64,000 nucleotides of DNA from Paraspadella gotoi (lineage: Eukaryota > Animalia > Chaetognatha), in contig CM119270.1 of assembly GCA_051294375.1 (NCBI GenBank), positions 1,299,598 to 1,363,597 of the forward strand, given 5' to 3'. This document shows positions 51,770-63,789 of the stretch, one piece after another. The position numbers and the translations under genes were made by a program. Position 1 is the stretch's first letter. Each line of letters starts with the position of its first letter. The notes under the pieces are model-generated. The model was given only the letters and a program-made list of their open reading frames with translations. It did no database searches and was not told where the DNA came from.

Positions 51770-52054
51770 GTAGTCGGGCATTGCCTAGGTTCACCCCGCC
51801 TAGAATCATGACATATATATTAAAGGACTCTGCTAAACTTTCAAATGATTTTCTTCCACTGTCAAGGTCAGATACGTTGACCTTCAATGTCATTAGGTTC
51901 AGGNNNNNNNNNNNNNNNNNNNNNNNNNNNNNNNNNNNNNNNNNNNNNNNNNNNNNNNNNNNNNNNNCTACGACCTGATAAAGTCGAAATTGAAGATTCG
52001 ACAACAATATGCAAATGAGATTTTAGCACTTGGTCGATCTGGTTGAGAAAAAAA

Positions 52055-52159
52055 GCTTGCTTGCCCGGATAAGCAGCTTTGAGTTCGTGCTTGCTTGTCG
52101 CGATAAGAAGCTTGAGTTCGTGCTTGCTCGCCCCGATAAGCAGGGTGCGTTCCTGCTTG
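52055..52159. repeat. ~33-bp tandem repeat, ~3 units (GATAAGCAGCTTGAGTTCGTGCTTGC...)
   Basis: GATAAG anchors at 52068, 52102 and 52135. Confidence 0.85.
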
Positions 52160-52583
52160 TTAGCCCTTCTAAGTTCTCCGTTATCTTCGTGGGCGGAGTC
52201 TCCTCGAACCTCGAATCCGCTTAATTAAATTCCGAGCTCCAACTTTTTTTTCTGAAGGAGAGGAGAGAGGAGAAAGAGAGATAGGAGAGAAGAGAGAGAC
52301 GAAGAGAGAGAGATGAGCAGAGAGAGAGGGATGACGAGAGGAGAGGGAGGAAGAGGACGAGAGAACCGATGAGGGAGAGGAAGAGAGAGAGAGAAAAGGA
52401 AAAAAAAAAAACAGGAACGAGAAGAAAAGGAAAAAAAAAGGAAGGAAAGAAAGAAAGGAAAGAAGATAGAGATAGGACACGAGAGTGGCAGATGAGAGCA
52501 GCATAGAAAGAGTAGATAGAGTGTGAGATGAGAAATATTGAAAGGAAAAAGAGAGAGAGAGAGAAGAGACGAGACGAGAGAGA

Positions 52584-52624
<41 letters not shown>

Positions 52625-53022
52625 TAGTAGAACGATCTTGAATAAGCTGAAATTGAAAATTGAACACCCTTGCGTCATCGGTGTTTAATATGGTACATTT
52701 TACATACTTCCAGGAAATGAACGAACAAACAAGTCAGCCAATACCGTCTACAAAAAATGAATTTCTCTTACGAATGAGACAACATCTCGCGATTTCCACA
52801 TCGACCAAAGTTTTAATCTCCCTCATTTCCGGAACATATGTTTCGCCTGCGGGGATCGACTTTCAAAAGAGGGGGGGAGAGGGATGTGGAGAGCTTCGGG
52901 CCTTGGAATCGCCGGGACTGAAGGCCTCCTTAGGCCCCCTTAGGCCCTTAAAACCCCGCGGGGCTTCTCTCTCTCTTGCGTAAAGAAGAATAAATGTAGA
53001 TTTGAAAAAAAAGAAAAAAAAT

Positions 53023-53074
<52 letters not shown>

Positions 53075-53273
53075 AATCCAAGTAAAGTCAAAAAAGTTTT
53101 CTTCGTTTGAAATCCAAGTATTTTTAAAAACTTGAATATATTTTAATGTTTTTTTTGAAAAAAAAAAATTGAGGTTAAAACTATAAGGACGTTAAAAAAT
53201 ATTTTTTTACTTTTTTATAATTTTAACAAACAAGTTAAAACTATCGAGACGATAATAGTTTTAAATATCGGGA

Positions 53274-53310
<37 letters not shown>

Positions 53311-53826
53311 TTCGTCAAGAGGTCCATTAATCCATAGCCAGAGCTCGGCATGATAAGGCATGACTAAAACTCCATTAAGATGTCAAAGCCTCCTTCCTCT
53401 TTTTCCGTCGGCGGGTTTTTGGCCGGGTGGAGGGAGGAAGAGGAGGAGGAGGAGGAGGAAGAGGAGGAGGAGGAGGAAGATGACACGGGAAGAGGAGATT
53501 ATGTCAGGGATTATGACATTATGACAAAGTTGTCGTCGATAGCAAGAGATAAAATTATGTCATTATATACCACGATTGAAAATCAATAGAAAAAAACTCT
53601 ATTTCGATTATTCGTATGTAGATGTATGATTTTATGTATTGAAATAAAAAAAAAATTAGTATTCATATGTAAATTCTTTTCCACTTTTTAAAGTTGTTTA
53701 TATTTAAACATCAAGTCCAATATAATAGATAAATTAGTAACGTTGTAATTTTCATAAAAATATGATAAAAAAATGTCACAAATGACTAAGATCACGACAC
53801 TGGTGATCACAACGGAGACGAAAACA

Positions 53827-53863
<37 letters not shown>

Positions 53864-54992
53864 CGCCGTCCACCGGCTGAACAATAATGGCGTAAACTGT
53901 AAATTGGATGGCAAACAACAAACATTGGCGGCGGTCAAACCTGGAGAGAGAGATGAGGTGAGAGAGGGAGACGGAGAGAGGATAGAGAAGATGAGAGAGA
54001 GAGAGAGACAGATGAGAGAGAGAGAGACGACGAGAGAGAGATGACGAGGAGAGAAGGAGATACGAGAGATAGAGAGAGAAGAGAGAGAGCCAGAGACGTT
54101 AAGGGATAATGGAAAGTATACAGAAAATGCGTAGAAAACTTAATGGATTATTGGCAAGAAAAAGGCTGGAAAAGGGGAAAAAAATAGGAAACAAGAAAAA
54201 AAGTGAGAGAACAAAACAAAATAAAATATGATTTTAAGTTTAAGGATAAATCCACGATAAAATTAAATTAGAAATTTTAATAAAATACATATTTTTTTAA
54301 AAATTATCTTAGCTTATTTCAATTTAATGTCATTTATTGTTAATCTAAAGAAACCGAACTAACCGTCCGAATTTAATAATTAATTTCTTAAACAAACGAA
54401 CAAGCCGTCAATAGCGGAAAAAAAAGTTAATATTTTACATTTGAACAAAGGGAGAGATATTAACAATTAACAATAACACCTAATAATAGAACAAAAATAT
54501 TAAAACAAATATATCAACTGCAATAAAAATATCGATTCTTCTCAAACGACCATCGCAACAATACAACACAACAACAACATCAACAACACTAGCCAGCAGC
54601 AGCAGCAGCAGAACGAGGCGATTCTTTTCTCACTTTCATCCCTTTTTTTCTCTCAGTCCAAAAATGAAAAAGAAAAAGTTTTTGTGTTGTTGGATTTCTG
54701 GTCAAAAAACTTCGTAAATTTTAAGTTTATTTATTCTTTTCTTTCAAGTTATTTTCTTTTTTACGAATTTTTTTCTATTTTTTTATTTTTCTTTTCTTTT
54801 CATTTTCTATTTTTTTTTTTCATTTTCTATTTTTCTTTCATTTTCTATTATTTCTATTTTTTCTTCTATTTTTTCTATTTGTTTTTCTTTTCTCTTCTTT
54901 CAGATTCACCGGATTTTTGTGTTTGTTTATCTCGAATCTTTTTTTGTTTGGAAACAAGGAATCTGGCGGGAAAAAAAATCGTTAAACTGTTC

Positions 54993-55032
<40 letters not shown>

Positions 55033-55479
55033 GAGAGAAAGAGAGACGAGAGAGATGAGAGGAGAGAGAGAGAGAAGAGAGAGGATTAAAAAATGGCGGA
55101 GTGTCAGAGTCTCAATTCTTTGTTTGTTCTCGAGGAGAAAGAAAAAAAGACGAAATCGATTTGTTCTTAGGGTCATTTGTTCTCGTTAAGAACAATCGCT
55201 TAAGAACAATATCTTTTCCATTTTTATCCCTTTCTATTTTATTTGTATTCCCTTTTTCTATTTTTTTCCCATTTTCCATTTTCTTCGGTCAATTATTCAT
55301 TTTTTCTATCCAAAAATGGATAGATTCCTTCTTTTTTTGGAACTGTCTTTGAATATCTCACTTTAAATATCAGTGGAAAAATATTCAGAGGCTCTATTTC
55401 AGGGTTGCATAACATATCATTTTTTCTTTTTTTAAATTCAATGATTATTCATTTTCAGCGGCTTTCTAAATTTAACTCA

Positions 55480-56145
55480 TCATGTTTTTTCTTTTTAAAT
55501 ATCATTGAATCTGTTCTTCTCATTATATGGCCGTTCTTGTCATGAAATCCGTTTTTTTTTTAAACTGATCCATCTTTCCTACTTAATATCATTGAATTTT
55601 GCTCGGTTTCCTTTTAAATATCATCCTTTTTTAAATATCATCTTTACTTTTGTTAACAATATCATCAGTTTTTAAATATCAGTAACGTCCTAAATCGGCT
55701 TTTCCTTTTAAATATCATTTTTCCAAATAACTATCATCGGTGTTTTACTCTTTACTATTCATCACTTTTTAAATTATCATCAACTCCTAAACTCGGTTTT
55801 CCTTTTAATATCATCTGGGTTTTTAAATATTCATTTCTCCAAATAACTATCATCCATGTTTTTTACTTTTAAAATATCAACATTTTTTAATATATCTCAA
55901 GTTAATAACATCGGTTTCCTTTTAAATATCATTTTTCCAAATAACTATCATCGCGTTTTTTACTTTTAACTATCATTCCTTTTTTAAATATCATCAACTC
56001 CTAAATCGGTTTCTTTTAAATATCATCTTTTTTAAATATCATTTTACTTTTTAAATATCATCATTTATATCAGTTAAACTCTAAATCGGTTTCCTTTTTA
56101 AATATTCATTTTTCCAAATAACTCATCGGTTGGTTTTACTTTTAA
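55480..56145. repeat. Degenerate AT-rich satellite built from TTTTAAATATCAT subunits
   Basis: Recurrent AAATATCAT, CCAAATAACTATCATC and CTAAATCGGTTTCC blocks. Confidence 0.85.
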
Positions 56146-56214
56146 TCTCTCCTNNNNNNNNNNNNNNNNNNNNNNNNNGAGAGAGAGATAGAGAGAGAGA
56201 AAGAGAGAGAGAGA

Positions 56215-57116
56215 GAGACGTTAAGGGATAATGGAAAGGTATAGAGAAAATGCGAGAAAACTAATGGATTATTGGCAAAAAAAGGTGAAAAGGGGAAAAA
56301 TAGGAAAACAAGAAAAAAAGTGAGAGACAAACAAAATAAAATATGATTTTAAGTTTAAGGATAAATCCACGAATAAAATTAAATAAAAATTTTAATAAAA
56401 TACATATTTTTTAAAAATTATCTTTAGTTAATTTAATTTAGTTCATTTTATTTAATCTAAAGAACCGAAACTAACCGTCCGAATTTAATTAATTAATCTT
56501 AACAAACGAAACAAGTCGTCAATAGGGAAAAAAAAGTTAATATTACATTTGAAACAAAGGAGAAGATATAAACAATTAACAATAACAACACTAATAATAG
56601 AACAAAAATATAAAAACAAATATATCAACTGCAATAAAAATATCGATTCTTCTCAACGTCCATCGCAATAAACAACAACAACAACAACATCAACAACAGC
56701 AGCAGCAGCAGTAGCAGCAACGAGGCGATCCTTTTCTCACTTCCATCCTTTTTTTCTCTCAGTCAAAAATGAAAATGAAAAAGTTTTTGTGTTTGTGGAT
56801 TTTCTGGTCAAAAACTTCGTAAATTTTAAGTTTATTTTATTCTTTTCTTTCAAGTTCAAGTTTTTCTTTTTACGAATTTTTTTCTATTTTTCTATTTTTC
56901 TTTTTTTTTCTTTTTCATTTTCTATTTTTTATTTTTCATTTTCTATTATTTTCTTTTTCATTTTCTATTATTTTCTATTTTTTCTTCTATTTTTTCTATT
57001 TGTTTTTCTTTTCTCTTCTTTCAGATTCACCGGATTTTTGTGTTTGTTTATCTCGAATCTTTTTTTGTTTGGAAACAAGGAATCTGGCGGGAAAAAAAAT
57101 CGTTAAACTGTTCAAC

Positions 57117-57155
<39 letters not shown>

Positions 57156-57410
57156 AGAGAGAGATAAAAAATGGCGGAGTGGTCAAGTCTCAATTCTTTG
57201 TTTGTTCTCGAGGAGAAAGAAAAAAAGAACGAAATCGATTTGTTCTTAGGTCATTTGTTCTCGTTAAGAACAATCGCTAAGAACAATATCTTTTTCCATT
57301 TTTATCCCTTTTCTATTTTATTTGTATTCCCTTTTCCTATTTTTTTCCATTTTCCATTTTCTTCGGTCAATTATTCATTTTTTCTATCCAAAAATGGATA
57401 GATTCCTTTT
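56215..57410 (+). repeat. Noisy direct copy of ~54090-55330 following a 25-N gap
   Basis: Shared start AGACGTTAAGGGATAATGGAAAG and shared end CAAAAATGGATAGATTCCTT. The differences are small indels. Confidence 0.92.
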
Positions 57411-57767
57411 TTTCCTTTTTACATTTTCTTTATTTCCTTTTTTCGTTTTTACTTATTCTCATTTCTTTCTATATCATTTATTTATTGTCATTCTTTCGAT
57501 TTATTATTATCACTATATTTATTATTTATTATTCGTTATGATCTCATTTGTACGAGAATGACTTGAGCGAAAAAAAAAAAAAATGTTTTCATCGATAAGT
57601 TAAGATTAATAATATTAATCAAAATATTAATCAATTCTGATCACCAGCTTTCAGCTTTTAAAACCTCACCTCTTTCTCTGGTTCAACCTCGACTCCCTAA
57701 CTTACCCGACCGACATCAGAAAATCGCTTTTAACCACACCTTCTCACATCCCTCACCTTTCTTCACC

Positions 57768-57893
57768 CGATAGCGAGGCCCTGTGATATTTTCCGTCATC
57801 CACCCTACTAAGCTCATATAGTGTAGTCGTTCTGGCTCGATAGCGAGGCCCTGTGATATTTTCCGTCATCCACCCTACTAAGCTCATATAGTG
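57768..57893. repeat. Two identical 56-bp direct repeats separated by 14 bp
   Basis: CGATAGCGAGGCCCTGTGATATTTTCCGTCATCCACCCTACTAAGCTCATATAGTG at 57768 and 57838. Confidence 0.95.
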
Positions 57894-58712
57894 CCCCCCT
57901 ACTCACCCCCAATCTCCGCCCCCCCCTAGGGGTTAAGTCGCGACCCACCACGCCTCAAATATTTGACCAAAAGTAGCCAAATCGAAATCTGATCCTTTTG
58001 GCCGCCAATTCCACGTGGGGCCTCCTTTTTTTTTATTCGTGGCGTTGTTTGGCGATGGCGTAAAACTTGGCGGAGTGGGTTTGTTGGCGTGGTTGTTTGG
58101 AAAGGTGTTGGCGTAGTCGTTTGTTGTGACTTAATTGTCGTTAAATATTCGTCGTTGTCGTTGTTGTTGTTATTGTTTTTGAAGTGATCGTCATCGTTGT
58201 CGTCTCAGCGGTCGTCGTCGTCGTCGGTCCGAAGAGGGTAAGAACTCAAGAAAGAAAGAGAGTAAAAGACGCAATAAAAAGGGTAAAAGAAAAAAATTAC
58301 CGTGAAAGTTAGAGGATGAGAGAAGAGAGGAGAGAGAGAGACGAGAGGAGAGAGAAGAGAAGAAGAGAGAGGTCAACATCGAACCCTGCGTAGCCCTGCC
58401 TTTTGCGTCTACTTTGACTCGAGATGGCAGATATTATTTTTCGTACTCTAACATAAACCATATTTACATATTTACAAGGACACGCGAAACCATTAAACGA
58501 AGATACAAGCTCAGAGAGAGAGAGAGAGAGACCCGCACGAGAGGAGAGAGAGAGAGAGACAATCCAAACAAGGCCGAGGAAAGGAGTTGATCCGGAAACC
58601 GTTAAATCATCATTTTTAATAAACTTTTTCTGTTTTGTTTACATTTTTTTTTCGGGATTCTGTTGTTGACACTGGGCGGCGCTGGACAGTGTTGACGCTC
58701 GTCGTCCGTCGT

Positions 58713-58751
<39 letters not shown>

Positions 58752-61221
58752 TCGATCTTTTTAAAAAATGAAAAAAGATAATCTTAAAATCTTAAAATCT
58801 TAAAATCTTAAAATCTTAAAATGTTCTTAGATTTTGAGTTGTTCGTTTCATTTGAAATAAAATCGTTGTCCAATTAAACTTCAAACTCTCTCTATTAATC
58901 ACTACGCAACGAAAGAAAGGAAATAACACAATGAGTTGGTACAACTTTTAAAACAAACGTTTCGGGCGATGAAACAAACTATAAAACATATAGATTTATA
59001 CAAAAAAAAATCATTCAATATTAATAATAGTAATAATGCCAATAGCTTTTTATAATCTTCGTTGTCGTTATATAGAAGCGGTCCCCGTCGTCGTCGTCGT
59101 CGTCGTTGTTGTCGTCGTCGTCGTTATCGTCGTCGTCTTCACTTCCGTTCCGCGTTCGTTGCGCCCGGGAAAAGACCGCGATTTGCAAAAATCGCAAGAC
59201 GACGACGACGAGGGACGACGACGACGACGACGACGACGACTAAGACGACGACGACAACGACGACGACAATATTTTTCTATCGCACGTCCATAAAAAAAAA
59301 TCAAAAACTCTTGTAAACTCAACCGATTTTTTTTGTCCACTTTTTTTTTTCAAAAACGATTTTTAAACCTTTTTTCTTCCTTTTTTTCTTTCTTTTTTTC
59401 TTTCTTTTTTTCTTTCTTTTTCTCTCTTTGTATGTCTTCTCCTCTTTCCTTCTCTCACTTCTCCTTTTACTTCTCTCCTCTCTCCCTCTCTTTTCCTCTC
59501 TTCCTCCTTCTTGCTCCCTTTTCTTTCTCTTCTTGTTTTCTCCTTTCCTCTTCCTCCTCCTCCTCCTCTTCCTTTCCTCTCTTCGACATTCGCCGCCACG
59601 AAGTCACACAAAGAGAGAAAGTGAGAGAGAGAGAGAGGGAGAGAGAGATAAAGATTTAAAAAGTGACGGAGCGTTCTTGTGCGCGCGCAACGACGGGGAC
59701 AGAGTCAACGCCTCTGCGCGCACGAGGCCTTGCGTGCGTTTGAATGAATCGCGTCCATTTTTTATACTTAAAGTTAACAAAGTTCATCGCGTAAAATGGG
59801 CGCGAAGCGCCCGGGTGCTTTCCCTTACCTTCGGCAAAAAGCTGCATAGAGTGGATCACCGGGTTCCGGCAAGTCGCCAAGAGAACGATGGAAAGAGGCC
59901 CAGGTGGTTCCGAAGGGGTACATCGCCCGCCGTCCGCGAGGGCGGTAAACTAACCGCCGTACACCGGTCCGATGGCTCGCACCTACCCTCACGTATGAAG
60001 ACCTCAACAGGACAATCCCGCTGGGTAGTGCCAGACCCGTCACGCGTGGAAACACAGCTCGCTCCAACCACGGTAGCTGTCGCGGGCTCGAAAGTACTCG
60101 TGACACTTGCTACGGCATATCAGCACCTTTATCAGGCTGACTCCTCACTTGCACATCTGTGAATGAGACGTAAGAGCGCTGCCTTTAGATCGTCCCCATA
60201 TGACCGTGCCAGAGGTCATTCCTGGCATCGCGAATGTCCGATAATCACCAAACGAAAACGGAGATCATAAAAATAGCACAAAACACGACAACCACCACGC
60301 AAAACAAAAATAAAATGAAACACACCAAGATAGTAGAAAGAGTGAAACAGAAAATCAGGCGAAAAACGAGAGAAGACGAGTTAAGCAAACAGAAGGAAAA
60401 ATCAATGAGAACGACATTGACGCCGCCTCAGCCGCTGCAGCAGTAGCAGCAGGGGAAGCCGCGGCGGGACTGATGGCTTGCCGACGGCTCAGAGAGCTGT
60501 TGCCGGCAGTTCGGCGGCTCTTCCGGCGCTACAAGACAATGCGGTGGACGACGCCCTAATCTCAGACCTCTACGCCGATCGAATTCGACAATTACAAAAA
60601 AATAAACCGATCGACGACGGTTAAAGCAAAAAGTCTCTAACGTGAAATTCGTCTAATTTTTTACTATATGAGATGCGAGAAGAGAAGGACCTGGAGATGG
60701 ATGAGACGACAGATGACTCGGCGGCCAGCGGCTGCCACTGCAGAATCGATAGTGTGGTGAATCGACGACGCAGCTTCGGAGAGGAGCATTCGTGGAAGAC
60801 CTGTCGGACGCAGATCGACTAGAGACGGGATGGTGACGAGGACGAGATGAGAGAGACGAGAAAGAAAGAGATGAGAAACGAGAGAAAACGAGAAAATGTC
60901 GCCTTTCGAGTTCTCAATGCATTTTCTAGACGAACGCAACGACTAATCAAATAAACATACGAAAAAATAAATATAGTAACACTTAACTTTATATAATTTA
61001 GATTTTAGATATAATTTACACATAAAATTACCAACTCTCGTTCATTTCTACTTTGATGAACTTAAGCTACAATTTTCCCCTAAAAGGTCAGATCATTTTT
61101 TTTTCTTTTTCGAAATTTAAATTCGTTTTTAAACTTCAAAGGCCAAATATTTTTTTTTGCCGCCAAATTAAGATTCGACGGTCAAAATGAAAAGACCGAC
61201 ATGAGAGTAAAGAGACCGACA

Positions 61222-61276
61222 TAATCATCATCATCTTCATCATCATCTTCATCATCATAATCATAATCATCATCAT

Positions 61277-61357
<81 letters not shown>
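61222..61357. repeat. (ATC)n microsatellite
   Basis: Trinucleotide run that gives the poly-Met pseudo-ORF. Confidence 0.97.
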
Positions 61358-61516
61358 TACTCTCTTAAGTAGCTGGTCTTATGATGTATTAAAAAGTCTA
61401 ATAAAGACCAATATAGTCCCGCTGTCCGTATTTTTTAGAATGACCTTCACAAATTTTACAATATACTTTTAAAGTAATTTTAAATAGAGATATCCAAAAT
61501 CAATATCACTCCTTCC

Positions 61517-61634
61517 AGTAGTATAAAGTGGGATTTTAATACAATATAGTTTATATAGGAGATTTTTGACCATTAAGAAAGTATTAGTGTCCGGAGAGTA
61601 TTAAAATTGTATTAAAATCCCACTTTATACTACT
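61517..61634. mobile_element. Candidate MITE with perfect 29-bp terminal inverted repeats
   Basis: AGTAGTATAAAGTGGGATTTTAATACAAT (61517-61545) is the exact reverse complement of 61606-61634, with a 60-bp interior. Confidence 0.7.
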
Positions 61635-62418
61635 ACTCTTCCCCTCATTTTACACTTTTTCCTGATTCGCAGTTCGCCTCCCCTTAAATCTCTTTTCCTT
61701 TTTTTTTCTCTTTCCTTTTTCCTTCCCTTTTTTTTTCCTTTCTCATTTTTTTTCGTCCTTCGGAATGAATGTCAACCAGGATTTGGAAATTCCCTCACAA
61801 CGAAATGTCGAGTTGATTTCCCAAGATACGAAAACGAAATGTCAACAGTCAGTGTGATACAATGTGGTATGATGTTATGTGAAATGGTATGATGTGATGT
61901 GATATGTGATGTGATATGTGATATGAAACTGTCCGATGCGAAGTGACACGTGATGTATGTAATGCATATGATTTAATATTATGCGATATGAAGCGTTGTG
62001 ATATGAAATAATACGATTAAATTTGTTGTAATGTGAAAAAAAACTCATACAAAGGTCTCTCTCTCTTCTTCTTCTCCGCTTCTCCTTCTCTCTCTTCTCT
62101 CTTCTCTCTCGTTCTCGTCTCTGCTCTCTCTCTCATTTCTGTCTCAAGGCCAATCAGATAAAATGTCAATGTTCAAGTAATGTTCACTGTCTCTTTTCAC
62201 TCTCTTGCTCCGAATGCTTATCATATAGGGTGTCATGATTGGTTGAAATTAATTTGTCATTGAACGATAGAATGATTGATTGATTGATTGATGTGATTGA
62301 TTGAATTGGATTGTGCGCCAATAAATTTAATTCGATTTCGAATCTCGCGGATTCAATATTTCTCTCCGTTGAGTANNNNNNNNNNNNNNNNNNNNNNNNN
62401 NNNNNNNNNNNNNNNNNN

Positions 62419-62454
<36 letters not shown>

Positions 62455-63574
62455 AGATAATGTCAATGACTACGATAAAAAGGCAGAACATGTGAAGGAC
62501 CCAAATGATAAATAAGTTTTATTTAAAATTAAAAATGAATGTTTCAAAAACTGACGATTCATATTTACTCTGAAGCATCAAAGAAAGTAATTTTTGTTGT
62601 ATGAAAAATTTTGTAATTAATAGGCTATTTAATTTAAATTTTTTTTCAAATTTCCTTTATACTGTATCGATTGCTCGCAAATCACCGACGCAACAAAACC
62701 AAGAGCAGCAAGAGCCTTACCCAGCCTCACCCAGCCTTACCCTAACNNNNNNNNNNNNNNNNNNNNNNNNNNNNNNNNNNNNNNNNNNNNNNNNNNNNNN
62801 NNNNNNNNNNNNNNNNNNNNNNNNNNNNNNNNNNNNNNNNNNNNNNNNNNNNNNNNNNNNNNNNNNNNNNNNNNNNNNNNNNNNNNNNNNNNNNNNNNNN
62901 NNNNNNNNNNNNNNNNNNNNNNNNNNNNNNNNNNNNNNNNNNNNNNNNNNNNNNNNNNNNNNNNNNNNNNNNNNNNNNNNNNNNNNNNNNNNNNNNNNNN
63001 NNNNNNNNNNNNNNNNNNNNNNNNNNNNNNNNNNNNNNNNNNNNNNNNNNNNNNNNNNNNNNNNNNNNNNNNNNNNNNNNNNNNNNNNNNNNNNNNNNNN
63101 NNNNNNNNNNNNNNNNNNNNNNNNNNNNNNNNNNNNNNNNNNNNNNNNNNNNNNNNNNNGCGGCGGTGGCGGCGTACCGCTGGCGGTCTTGGCGATCCCG
63201 ATGACGGCCGACAACATTTCGTCCTCGATTATTCGCTTTGATGAGTCCAGGTTTTTGTTCCGCGCGTTTGAGAAAAGATTTTAAAAAAATTTTAAAGTAT
63301 TTTATGATGAGTTTGTATCGTTTAATAGCGATTTGTAATATAAAAGATAAAGATTATTATGCTATTTATTCTAAAGTGAGGCCGAAATTAACTAGAAAGT
63401 CTTAGAAAAACTGAGTTTCTTAAAAAAAATTCAAATGCTTGCATAATTGTTCGTTTGAAACATCGAATTTTCTTGGAATTTTGATGAGTTAATCACTTTA
63501 CAATCTACATTGTACAATAAAATATACGCTTNNNNNNNNNNNNNNNNNNNNNNNNNTTGAACGACATAAAGAGG

Positions 63575-63789
63575 CGTTCAATATAAGCACTTCCCATGAG
63601 CTACGGATCAGCTGTAACACCATGTTACAGGCGGGTTTAATAGCGCCCCGTCCCTCTTAACTTGCCAGACGAATCAACCGGCTAAGAACCCCAGACCTTT
63701 GGGTGGTGAGGCGAATGACTTTGCCACCGGCCACCACAATTGGCCCACGTGATTAACCGGTATGGTGGAATTTTAGTCCTACCATAAAG
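63575..63789 (-). mobile_element. Independent (noisy) copy of SINE family B including the hairpin leader
   Basis: Reverse complement of 32027-32233 (GTAACACCATGTTACAGGCGGG, GTCCCTCTTAAC, GGTGGAATTTTAGTCC) with unrelated flanks. Confidence 0.8.

Noticed and set aside
59428-60162. 244-aa ORF, or identification as 7SK, telomerase RNA or RNase P/MRP
   Set aside because: The ORF starts in a CT-rich low-complexity tract and has no known motif. No template repeat or diagnostic conserved boxes of these RNAs could be found.
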